Positions 7,278 through 15,536 are shown, counted from the stretch's first letter. The stretch: 64,000 bases of DNA from Rhodospirillaceae bacterium (GCA_002709955.1 PAQY01000018.1:13508-77507); one strand, 5' to 3'. Notes: generated from the letters alone by a model not told the origin. Numbers and translations are program-made.

Positions 7278-7970
7278 ATGCCAAACACGGTGATCTATGA
7301 GGTTCGGGAATATGTCCTGGACGCGAACGGCGAAACGAAAGAATACATCCCGGCAACGCGCTTCCGGGTACTGAGCGCGACGGGGCCTCTTGCCATAGCG
7401 TTTGGTCCTACCGATGGTTTCCAGCGCATTGAAAGCGGCCTTGGTATCAGCACGATTGAGCCATTTAAGATGGTTCGCATTAAGGATATTTCCGGGGCGC
7501 AAAACACGATCCTTGTTGCCTACGCGGGGTCTGATGTAGCCGATAGCCGTTTAACCATCACGGGCGGTCAATTGGGTGTGCTTGATCCGGTGGGCGGCGA
7601 AAGCTTTTCCGACATCGTGACTGCGCTTCAGGCGGTAACGGCGGCAATGCGTGAGGATCAGCAATTACGTGCTCCGCTGACCACGTTTGACGGCGCAAGC
7701 TATTACCAGGCGGTCAATACCACGACAACAGTTATTTCCGCCGCCGCAAATACAGGCGGTTTTATAATCCGATGGGCCGGGGTGCAGGTTCAAAGCGGCA
7801 ATGGTGTGGCGGCGGTGCGGCTTGATGACGATGAGGTCTTGTACGCGCTGTCAAACAACACGGACATGATTGCTAATTGCGGGAATATCTATGTTCCCGC
7901 TGGGGTGAAGGTCGATCTTTATTCGGCGGCTGCGGCCAATAAGGCGTGGCTGTGGGGGGAGGCGCTGTAA
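7278..7970 (+). CDS. Penton/spike receptor-binding protein (PM2 P1-like, 230 aa)
   Basis: N-terminal FRVLSATGPLAIAF...ESGLGI...FKMVRI resembles the recalled PM2 P1 jelly-roll domain; beta-rich C-terminal domain. Confidence 0.75.
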   Translation: MPNTVIYEVREYVLDANGETKEYIPATRFRVLSATGPLAIAFGPTDGFQRIESGLGISTIEPFKMVRIKDISGAQNTILVAYAGSDVADSRLTITGGQLGVLDPVGGESFSDIVTALQAVTAAMREDQQLRAPLTTFDGASYYQAVNTTTTVISAAANTGGFIIRWAGVQVQSGNGVAAVRLDDDEVLYALSNNTDMIANCGNIYVPAGVKVDLYSAAAANKAWLWGEAL

Positions 7971-8164
7971 TGAGCAATCCAACGGCAAATAATTCCTTTG
8001 AGGGAATGTCCGATGCTGAAAAAGCTTCGCTGGCCGTCGATCCGGTAACGAGCCTTAAAATCGTCGCAAGCGCAAAGCGTGGCGGTGTCGAATGGTTGTC
8101 TTTTGAAGACGGAACGGAGGCGGTACGCGACCAGGACGGCAACGCGGCTGTATGGCCTGAATAA
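7970..8164 (+). CDS. Small acidic protein coupled to spike (64 aa)
   Basis: TAATG overlaps at both ends. Confidence 0.6.
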   Translation: MSNPTANNSFEGMSDAEKASLAVDPVTSLKIVASAKRGGVEWLSFEDGTEAVRDQDGNAAVWPE

Positions 8165-8628
8165 TGCGCGCGATCCTGCTGGTCGCGCTGTCATTGATCC
8201 TATGGGGGTACAATAAAATGAAGTTGAACGAGGCTCAGTTGACAATGGCGCGCACCATGTATGGCGAAGCGCGAGGCGAGGGCGCGACGGGCATGCAGGC
8301 GGTCGGCAACGTCATCATGAACCGCGCACTGTTGGGCGGATGGTGGGGCAATAGCATCGTGTCCGTTGCTCTGAAACCGTGGCAATTTTCGGCCTGGAAC
8401 CAGAATGATCCGAACCGCGATGTTATCGCCAATCTTATGCCGGGCGACAATCAGACCTTTGATCTTGCTTATGAGATTGCGGGCAAGCTGATCGACGGGG
8501 ACTTGCCCGATATAACGGGCGGCGCAACGCACTACTACGCCGATACGATTTCGGAACCGGGATGGGCGCGCGGGGCCAATCAGACGGCCTATATCGGCCA
8601 TCATAAATTCTTTAATGAGGTCGCGTAA
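8164..8628 (+). CDS. SleB/Hydrolase_2 cell-wall hydrolase with N-terminal hydrophobic segment
   Basis: TMYGEARGE catalytic motif, VGNVIMNR, QFSAWN, GGATHYY, IGHHKF. Confidence 0.9.
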   Translation: MRAILLVALSLILWGYNKMKLNEAQLTMARTMYGEARGEGATGMQAVGNVIMNRALLGGWWGNSIVSVALKPWQFSAWNQNDPNRDVIANLMPGDNQTFDLAYEIAGKLIDGDLPDITGGATHYYADTISEPGWARGANQTAYIGHHKFFNEVA

Positions 8629-8807
8629 TGCAGTTCGTTCCTATCGTCATCTGGTCGCTGGCCGGGTCCATCGCGACACTTTGGGCAACCCGTCAAGAGG
8701 GGGAAGCCGAAACGGTAACAGAGCGGATCACAACCAATCTAGGCGCGGTCTTCATTGCAGTGGCCGGGGCTGTTGCGACTGCTTGGGTTTGGAAAAAGGT
8801 GCGGTAA
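8628..8807 (+). CDS. Two-TM small membrane protein (59 aa)
   Basis: Manual translation MQFVPIVIWSLAGSIATLW...LGAVFIAVAGAVATAWVWKKVR; TAATG coupling on both sides; below ORF-track cutoff. Confidence 0.7.
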   Translation: MQFVPIVIWSLAGSIATLWATRQEGEAETVTERITTNLGAVFIAVAGAVATAWVWKKVR

Positions 8808-8956
8808 TGCAAGCGCTGTTTGACATCATTAGGGAGGCGCTAGGCGTCGGATCGGATGCGGCGATCATCGGGTTCGCGTTGATCCTGTGGCGGATCGAGC
8901 GGCGCTTGTACCGGGTTGAATTGCACCTGTGGCCGAAAGAGGGAGGGCGGTTATGA
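8807..8956 (+). CDS. Small membrane protein (49 aa)
   Basis: TAATG coupling; one TM followed by a basic stretch. Confidence 0.65.
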   Translation: MQALFDIIREALGVGSDAAIIGFALILWRIERRLYRVELHLWPKEGGRL

Positions 8957-9372
8957 TCTCGGAAGTCGTCAAGGGCATTGCGGGGCCGCTGTTCGGGTTG
9001 GTCGATAGTCTTTTCACGTCCGATGAAGAACGGGCCGCTGCAAAATTGAAATTGTTGGAAATGGAACAGCGCGGCGAATTGGAAACCATGCGGGTCCAGA
9101 TGAGCGCCATTCTGGCAGAAGCGAACAGCAAAGACCCCTGGACAAGTCGCGCGCGTCCGGCCTTTTTGTATGTGATTTACATCATCATCTTGGCAGCTTT
9201 GCCTATGGGCATTCTGAGCGCGTTTCGGCCTGATGTTGCGACGGAAATCACCCTTGGCGTAAACGCATGGCTATCTGCTATCCCGGATGCGCTCTGGACA
9301 CTGTTTGGGGCCGGTTATCTCGGATATGCCGGGGCGCGCACGGTCGATAAGCTGAAAGGCGGTCAAAAATGA
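8953..9372 (+). CDS. 3TM holin family protein (139 aa)
   Basis: FTSDEERAAAKL, WTSRARPAFLY and GYAGARTVDK motifs of the GTA/phage 3TM holin family. Confidence 0.85.
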   Translation: MISEVVKGIAGPLFGLVDSLFTSDEERAAAKLKLLEMEQRGELETMRVQMSAILAEANSKDPWTSRARPAFLYVIYIIILAALPMGILSAFRPDVATEITLGVNAWLSAIPDALWTLFGAGYLGYAGARTVDKLKGGQK

Positions 9373-9557
9373 AGCTGCGCAAAATGCTGGTAAGGGCGGC
9401 AATCCTGGGCGGTGCATCGGCCTTGGCGGCGTGGGTGTCCAGGGCGGTTGTGCCAGGGGAGGCTGACCCGTTTGCACCGACTGGGGAAGCCAAAACGCAA
9501 GTGATCCGCGCGGGATTGGCCGGCGCGGTTTTTGGCCTGGTTTCAGGCATCATTTAG
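9369..9557 (+). CDS. Small two-helix membrane protein (62 aa)
   Basis: ATGA coupling to holin; hydrophobic ends. Confidence 0.65.
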   Translation: MKLRKMLVRAAILGGASALAAWVSRAVVPGEADPFAPTGEAKTQVIRAGLAGAVFGLVSGII

Positions 9558-9569
9558 GGAGGGCCGGTC

Positions 9570-9680
9570 ATGGCACGTAAATCAGTATCGAAAAAGGCGG
9601 CAACCAAGGGCAAGGGACGCCTGAAAAAGGGCTATCGCTACGCGAAAGGCGGGCGGATCGTGAAGGCGAAAAAGCGGTGA
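9570..9680 (+). CDS. Highly basic 36-aa peptide (putative DNA-condensing protein)
   Basis: MARKSVSKKAATKGKGRLKKGYRYAKGGRIVKAKKR; GGGAGG RBS; 16 K/R and no D/E. Confidence 0.7.
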   Translation: MARKSVSKKAATKGKGRLKKGYRYAKGGRIVKAKKR

Positions 9681-9682
9681 CG

Positions 9683-10090
9683 CTATCGGCGGCTGTTTGG
9701 CGTCTTGTTCGGGGCTGGCTTTAGGCGATCCGCCAGGGTGGATTTCGGAATTCTGAAATCATTTTCAATTGTTCTCAGGGACGCGCCTTTGCGGCGTTTG
9801 ATTTCTGCACCTTGGAGGCGGGCCGAAAGGTCCGCCTTTTCTCTGCGCTGGATCTCTAACTGCACCGGGGTCACGGGCAGGCAAAATTGCGCGGCGGCGC
9901 TGGAAATAGCTGCATCGGACGCAACGTCATTTTTTATCATCATGCGATCGGCAAGGTCTGCGGCGCGACGGATTACAGAGAGGCGCGACGATTGCGCCTC
10001 TCTTTCGGAAATATCCGTTGCCTCTCTGATAAGTAATTTTTCAATCTCGCCAAAGATACCGGCAAGTCTATAGAGCGTGTCCGAATTCAT
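9683..10090 (-). CDS. Protein with C-terminal helix-turn-helix
   Basis: GASLRTIENDFRIPKSTLADRL HTH pattern; GGGGA RBS. Confidence 0.7.
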   Translation of the reverse strand: MNSDTLYRLAGIFGEIEKLLIREATDISEREAQSSRLSVIRRAADLADRMMIKNDVASDAAISSAAAQFCLPVTPVQLEIQRREKADLSARLQGAEIKRRKGASLRTIENDFRIPKSTLADRLKPAPNKTPNSRR

Positions 10091-10175
10091 CGCTTTCCCC
10101 GACTATTGTTATGCCATATTCAAGCGGGGGAATGCGTGAATGACAAGGGAAACCGCCTTACGAGCCATTTTCTTA

Positions 10176-10203
10176 ATTTTCCATAATATACATTATCACG
10201 ATT
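10176..10203 (-). other. dif: dif-like XerC/XerD recombination site (prophage right junction)
   Basis: Minus strand AATCGTGATAA-TGTATA-TTATGGAAAAT versus E. coli dif GGTGCGCATAA-TGTATA-TTATGTTAAAT: spacer identical, XerD arm 9/11. Confidence 0.85.
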
Positions 10204-10322
10204 GAAATAGAGAGAAAGACGAGGATAAAGGGGCCTGTTCCCTGGCGCACTCTTGCCATCCGACCAGAAACCAATTACGCCCGATCAACGCCTTAAATCT
10301 ACCGTCATCAGAAACGAATTTC

Positions 10323-11267
10323 ATGACCGACACAACAACCGCATCATCGGATCGAAACGCCTCTGATCGGCAGATGTTGGGTATCACGTTGATCCTGGCG
10401 TCGAATGTGATCATGGCGCTGGGCGATGCGTTGATCAAATATGTCAGCGCGGATCTGACGATCTGGCAGATATTCGTCGTCCGGTCCGTCTTTGCGCTGT
10501 GCTGTCTGGGTGCCTATGCCTATTGGAAACGCGGCCCGATTGCCCCCCGACAGTATGGCTGGGTCCTGGTGCGCAGCCTGTTCCTGGTTCTGACATGGTT
10601 GTCATTCTACGCCTCCCTTCCCGTTCTCAATCTCTCCCTGGCCGCCGTGGTGATTTACACCAATGTGATCTTCACGACGCTTTTGTCTGCGGTGCTGTTT
10701 AAAGAGCGCGTTTCAGTCAAACAATGGCTGGGCGTTCTGTCTGGATTTATTGGCGTTGCGATCATCCTGCGGCCCGGCACGGACAGTTTTTCCTGGTTTG
10801 TCCTGATGCCCTTGGCGGGCGCCCTTTGCTATTCCTTGGCCAGCCTAGTGACGCGCCATAAATGTCAGGGCGAACGCGCCCTCACCCTTGCCGCATCGCT
10901 GCATGTCTCCTTCATCATCACAGGAGCATTGGCGACGCTGCTTATCGCGGGGATTGGTGTCACCGACACGGTTCGGGACTTCTCCTATTTCCTGTTTGGC
11001 AGTTGGACACCCCTGACCTTGAACGCCTGGGGTATCATGGCGCTGTTGGGACTATTATCAGCGTCGTTCTCTTTGGGCGTCGCGCGGGCCTATCAGATCG
11101 CCCCCTCCCAGATCATCGCGACATTTGACTATAGCTATCTGGTTTTTGCCGCCGTCTGGGGGTTCCTGTTCTTTGCAGAGATCCCGTCTGTTACGACCGT
11201 GATAGGCATGGCGGTTATAACCCTGGCTGGCATTCTGGTATCCGGTCGAACCAAGCCCCGTGCCTGA
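10323..11267 (+). CDS. DMT/EamA family transporter
   Basis: Two repeats of about five TM helices. Confidence 0.9.
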   Translation: MTDTTTASSDRNASDRQMLGITLILASNVIMALGDALIKYVSADLTIWQIFVVRSVFALCCLGAYAYWKRGPIAPRQYGWVLVRSLFLVLTWLSFYASLPVLNLSLAAVVIYTNVIFTTLLSAVLFKERVSVKQWLGVLSGFIGVAIILRPGTDSFSWFVLMPLAGALCYSLASLVTRHKCQGERALTLAASLHVSFIITGALATLLIAGIGVTDTVRDFSYFLFGSWTPLTLNAWGIMALLGLLSASFSLGVARAYQIAPSQIIATFDYSYLVFAAVWGFLFFAEIPSVTTVIGMAVITLAGILVSGRTKPRA

Positions 11268-11370
11268 AGACAGCACGCAAAAGCCAAGCAATTCCGGACT
11301 AGGCCTCGACGGGTAAGGTCATTCTCCCTAAACTGTGTGCACATCCGACATATTAAATGGATAAGTCCAC

Positions 11371-12738
11371 ATGCCAAAGCCTTCGAATAATAGCGAAATT
11401 GCCACCTTCCTGGCCGCCCATCCCGACACGAAATACATCGATGCGTTTATCTTTGATCTGTGCGGATTTCCCCTGGGAAAGCGCTATCCGATCCAGGACA
11501 TTGACAAGCTGTATGCGGATGGACTGACAATGTGTGCGGCGGTGTCGCTGTTGGATGCGACGGGCAATACCAGTGATCCGATGGGGCTTGGCGTGTCGGA
11601 TGGCGATCCGGATGCGCTGGCCCTGCCGATCCCTGGCACTCTTGCACCTGTTACCTGGGCATCGGAACCCACAGCACAGGTGCTGCTGGAAATGCGCCTC
11701 CCCCAGACCGGTGACATTGTCCCGTTCGAGCCGCGTCAGGTTCTGCGCCGTGTTGTGGACCGTTTTGCAGACCTGAACATCACACCGGTGGTCGCGCTGG
11801 AACTGGAATTTTATCTGATCGACATGGACCGGACACAGGATGGTGGGCCCCTGCCCGTTAAATCTCCGCTGACCGGTCGCACGGCCCGCGCCAATCAGGT
11901 CTACAGTATTGAGGCGCTGGAAGAATATGCCCCGATCCTGACGGCGATTACCGATGCCTGTGCGGCCCAAGGTGTCCCGGCCTCCATCGCGTCGGGTGAA
12001 TTTGCGCCGGGACAGTTTGAATTGAACCTGACCCATGTGGCCGATGCCATGGCAGCAGCGGATCATGCCTGCCTGCTGCGGCGCACCGTGCGCGCCGTCG
12101 CACGGACCTTTGGCATGGAAGCGACCTTCCTGTCCAAACCCTTCCTGGAAGAATCCGGGTCCGGCCTGCATGTCCATATGAGCTTCTGCGACAAAGATGG
12201 GCATAACATCTTCCATGAAGAAACGGACACGGATGAAGTCCAGATGCGCCGGGCCATGGCGGGGTTGCAGGCAGCCATGCCGGAATCCATGGCGATCTTT
12301 GCGCCCAATCTGAATGCGTTCCGAAGGTTCGCGCCCAACCTGTTTGTGCCGGTCACACTGGATTGGGGCTATGACAACCGATCTGTCGCCTTCCGCATTC
12401 CATCCGGGCGGGGACAGGCCAAAAGGATTGAACACCGGGTCGCGGGCGCGGATGCCAATCCCTATCTGGCCTTGGCCAGCGTTCTGGCAGGCGTTCATCA
12501 TGGCCTGTCGAACAAGTTGGAGCCGATGAGTGAGGCGCGCGCGGGCAATGCCGGCGAAGAGGTCGACCCGCGCCTGCCCCTGACGATCTGGCACGCGCTG
12601 GAGCGATTGCAGGATGCCCCGATCCTCAGCGACTATCTGGGGGCGGATTATGTACAGATGTACAAGACCGTGAAAGAGAATGAATTCAAGGACCTGCTGT
12701 CTGCCGCCCTGCCCCGTGAATATGACTGGTATCTGTAA
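11371..12738 (+). CDS. Glutamine synthetase family protein (PuuA-like gamma-glutamylamide synthetase)
   Basis: LELEFYL, EFAPGQFE, GSGLHVH, WGYDNR and RIEHR motifs. Confidence 0.9.
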   Translation: MPKPSNNSEIATFLAAHPDTKYIDAFIFDLCGFPLGKRYPIQDIDKLYADGLTMCAAVSLLDATGNTSDPMGLGVSDGDPDALALPIPGTLAPVTWASEPTAQVLLEMRLPQTGDIVPFEPRQVLRRVVDRFADLNITPVVALELEFYLIDMDRTQDGGPLPVKSPLTGRTARANQVYSIEALEEYAPILTAITDACAAQGVPASIASGEFAPGQFELNLTHVADAMAAADHACLLRRTVRAVARTFGMEATFLSKPFLEESGSGLHVHMSFCDKDGHNIFHEETDTDEVQMRRAMAGLQAAMPESMAIFAPNLNAFRRFAPNLFVPVTLDWGYDNRSVAFRIPSGRGQAKRIEHRVAGADANPYLALASVLAGVHHGLSNKLEPMSEARAGNAGEEVDPRLPLTIWHALERLQDAPILSDYLGADYVQMYKTVKENEFKDLLSAALPREYDWYL

Positions 12739-12746
12739 GGAACCCC

Positions 12747-13544
12747 ATGACCGACACTTCCAATATTGATCGCCTGCTGGCGGTCATGGCCAGATTGCGC
12801 GATCCCAATGGCGGCTGTCCCTGGGATCTGCAACAGGATTTCAGCACCATCGCCCCCTATACGATCGAAGAAGCTTATGAGGTCGCAGACGCGATCGAGC
12901 GCGGCGACCGTAACGATCTGAAGGACGAGCTGGGCGATCTGTTGCTGCAGGTCGTGTTCCATGCCCGCATGGCACAGGAGGAAGGCAGCTTCGACTTTGA
13001 TGCGGTCGCAGGCGCGATCACGGACAAGATGATCCGCCGTCACCCCCATGTCTTTGGAACAGATGGCGCGGATACACCTGACAAGGTCAAGGCAAGCTGG
13101 GAAGAAACCAAGGCCGCTGAACGGGCGCAAAAGGGTCAGGATGACAGCGCCCTGTCCGGGGTGGCGCGCGCCCTTCCCGCCCTGATCCGGGCTGAGAAAC
13201 TCTCCAAACGCGCGGCAAGAGTTGGCTTCACCTGGTCGGAACCCAGCGAAGTCTTCCGCGACTTGGAAGAAGAAGTCGAAGAATTAAAGGAAGTCATCGC
13301 GGAAGGCGGCGACCCGGACCGGTTGGAAGACGAAATGGGCGATATTCTCTTTGTCGCCGCCAATCTGGCCCGCATGCTGAAAGTCGATCCTGAAAAAGCC
13401 CTGGCCCGCACCAACCGGAAATTTGAGATGCGGTTCCGCGCCATTGAAGCGGCCGTCGCGGCCGAAGGAAAACGCATCGAGGATGTGCCCCTGGCCGAGT
13501 TGGACCGACACTGGAACGCTGCCAAAGGGGTGGAGAAGCAATAG
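12747..13544 (+). CDS. mazG: Nucleoside triphosphate pyrophosphohydrolase MazG
   Basis: GCPWD, EEAYEV, DELGDLL and EMGDILF motifs. Confidence 0.95.
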   Translation: MTDTSNIDRLLAVMARLRDPNGGCPWDLQQDFSTIAPYTIEEAYEVADAIERGDRNDLKDELGDLLLQVVFHARMAQEEGSFDFDAVAGAITDKMIRRHPHVFGTDGADTPDKVKASWEETKAAERAQKGQDDSALSGVARALPALIRAEKLSKRAARVGFTWSEPSEVFRDLEEEVEELKEVIAEGGDPDRLEDEMGDILFVAANLARMLKVDPEKALARTNRKFEMRFRAIEAAVAAEGKRIEDVPLAELDRHWNAAKGVEKQ

Positions 13545-13593
13545 CGGAGCGCTGAGAACAAGTGCACAGCGAACTTTGTTGGCGGCCCCAAAT

Positions 13594-13626
13594 CCCCTAA
13601 CTGCCCCCTAACTGCCCCCTAACTGC
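13594..13626. repeat. Tandem repeat (CCCCTAACTGC) x3
   Basis: Three exact 11-bp units overlapping the stop of the convergent gene. Confidence 0.95.
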
Positions 13627-14857
13627 GCGGTGAGCCTTGTTGCAGGCGTATTATGGTTGAAACCGGGACCAGTTGAAATCCCTGCGCACGCGCGGTCTTC
13701 ATCCATTCCGACACGACCGCCAGTGTTTCTGGATGCGGGTGACCGATGGCGATGGCATAGCCCTGGCGTCTGGCGGTGTCTTCAACCCGGCTCAATTGCT
13801 TACGGATTGCATCGGGATCAATCGTATTATCCAGAAAAACATCCCGCACGGCGTAGGGCATCCCCAGTGCGGCGGCGGTGCTGTATCCTTTAGAGCCCGA
13901 GGTCGTAACCGAATCGACGAAAATCAAACCGCGTCGCTTTAATTCGCTCAGGACAAGGCGCATACCCTCTGAGTCCGCCGTGAAACGGCTGCCCATATGA
14001 TTGTTGATCCCGATATAGCCGGAAAACTGGGACAGCCCCCAATCCAGGCGCCGCAGGATTTCCTGGGGCCCCAATTCCCTTTGCAGCGCATTGGGGCCGG
14101 GATCAACGCTAAGGTCCAGCGGGGCCATGGGAAAATGAACCAAAATCTCATGGCCCCTTTGGCGCGCAGCGGTTACCATTTCCTGCAAATGATGACCATA
14201 GGTCAGAAACGCCAGGGTCAGCGGTGCTGGCAGATTAATTGCCTGGCGGCTGTGGGCCTGATCAATGCCCAGATCATCAAAAATCAGCGCTATCATGGGC
14301 ATGCCAGGATCGGGCGTCAGTGGCACCGCATTGGCAAGCCAGGTATTCGGATCGGCCATGGGGCCAGGATCGACCACAGCGGGCGCGTCCGAAATTCCGG
14401 TTTCCGGTTTTGAGTTCTCTGGGGTCGCTGGTTCTGGGTCTGGCAATGCCAGGGGGGCGGGAAGTGCTGCGATCAGGTCAGGTTTCGCCGCCTGCGCTGG
14501 GGCTTCATTCGGATTCGGGCGCAGCGCTTCTGGTTGATTTGCCAGGCTTTCTTCATACAGGCGTTTTGCGGTTTCAGATCCCTGTACGATGACCGGTAAA
14601 GGCGGACCTTTCGGCAGGGTCACGTCGTCGATATCACTCTGACGGATCGGAACCGTAGACTGGGGGGACGTCCCCGTTCCAGAGGGCGACAGCCATAAAC
14701 CAAGCCCAGTCCCTACCACTATCCCTATAACCAGAACCCCACCAACGACCGCACTGTACAGAAACCGGGTGGTCCGGAACCATGGCAAAGGATGGGCCGC
14801 GTGACGAATGCGCGCCCCAGACGTTCCCTTGCCTTTTTTTTGTGATGCTTTCGCCAT
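13619..14857 (-). CDS. Divergent polysaccharide deacetylase (YibQ/DUF610) with TM and Pro-rich linker
   Basis: IALIFDDLG, GINNHMGS, RDVFLDN and AIGHPH motifs. Confidence 0.9.
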   Translation of the reverse strand: MAKASQKKGKGTSGARIRHAAHPLPWFRTTRFLYSAVVGGVLVIGIVVGTGLGLWLSPSGTGTSPQSTVPIRQSDIDDVTLPKGPPLPVIVQGSETAKRLYEESLANQPEALRPNPNEAPAQAAKPDLIAALPAPLALPDPEPATPENSKPETGISDAPAVVDPGPMADPNTWLANAVPLTPDPGMPMIALIFDDLGIDQAHSRQAINLPAPLTLAFLTYGHHLQEMVTAARQRGHEILVHFPMAPLDLSVDPGPNALQRELGPQEILRRLDWGLSQFSGYIGINNHMGSRFTADSEGMRLVLSELKRRGLIFVDSVTTSGSKGYSTAAALGMPYAVRDVFLDNTIDPDAIRKQLSRVEDTARRQGYAIAIGHPHPETLAVVSEWMKTARAQGFQLVPVSTIIRLQQGSPRS

Positions 14858-15031
14858 AAGGCATATCCAAAATCTGGGCCTGACCGCAAATGCCAGACGC
14901 TGTTGGTGGTGAGTCTAAAGCCGTCGGACAGACAAAGGCAAGGGACTGGCATGTGATGCTGTCTGACCATGAGGTCAAGCCTGTTGAGTCCTATCCACAC
15001 AGGCGGACATCCCCGCCCCACTGCACCTGCC

Positions 15032-15400
15032 GCCCTGGATCCCGGATCAAGTCCGGGGGTGACGACAGTGGGGAACGCAGAGGGCGCGGAGGAACGCAGA
15101 GGGCGCGAAGGCAAATGCAAGCTCGTCTCTCCCGCGAAGGCGGGAGTCCAGGGCAGCACGCACCAATCGCGCTTTTTGCCCTGAATCCCGGATCAAGTCC
15201 GGGATGACGGTATTGCGAGCCCCCCCTCACCCTGAGGAGCGCAGCGTCTCGAAGGGTGAGCCCTCTGTAAGCACCGAACTTACAGCGCATCCTTCGAGAC
15301 GGCGCGTATGCGCCTCCTCAGGATGAGAGGGGTGCTGAAGGTGGAAAGCGGAATACCAGCTTCTCAGCGTCCTTCGCGTCTTCTCTGGGCTCTCTGCGGT
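15032..15400. repeat. Mosaic of REP-like palindromic elements
   Basis: CCCGGATCAAGTCCGGG units at 15032-15063 and 15178-15208; CTCCCGCGAAGGCGGGAG unit at 15125-15153; inverted pair 15226-15256/15291-15327; 17-bp direct repeat at 15072 and 15091. Confidence 0.85.
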
Positions 15401-15536
15401 TATTCTTTAGTAGCCCAGGCAGTGCGTCGGGGCCGATCCTTTGCCAGATGTCTTTTCCCACGCCGGAACGCTTGCTATAACGCGAACATCTTATCACTTT
15501 TGGGCCGACAGGTCCTTACCCGCTTGGATTGGGCCC

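Larger units (their letters stand above)
1..10186 (+). mobile_element. PM2/corticovirus-like (double jelly-roll, internal membrane) prophage; left end upstream of window
   Basis: Co-oriented, tightly coupled Rep, FtsK/HerA ATPase, DJR capsid, membrane proteins, spike and lysis genes; no tail, portal or terminase genes; right end at a dif-like site. Confidence 0.93.

Noticed and set aside
10092-10119. Second inverted dif-like half site (TTATGCCATAT at 10109-10119), as in the CTXphi ssDNA hairpin attP
   Set aside because: Only 8/11 complementary to the XerD arm, with no ATAA-containing XerC arm beside it; cannot be tested without the left junction
1-10186. Tailed prophage, GTA, filamentous phage or plain RCR plasmid interpretation
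   Set aside because: No terminase, portal or tail genes and no Zot/pI or pVIII; the DJR capsid, FtsK/HerA ATPase, penton and holin fit a PM2-like virus
11353-12594. 413-aa antisense ORF
   Set aside because: Shadow of the glutamine synthetase-family gene; typical of high-GC codon bias
15032-15400. CRISPR array, tRNA, or the short ORFs called across this region
   Set aside because: Heterogeneous inverted palindromes without regular spacers or a cloverleaf; the ORFs are by-products of GC-rich repeats
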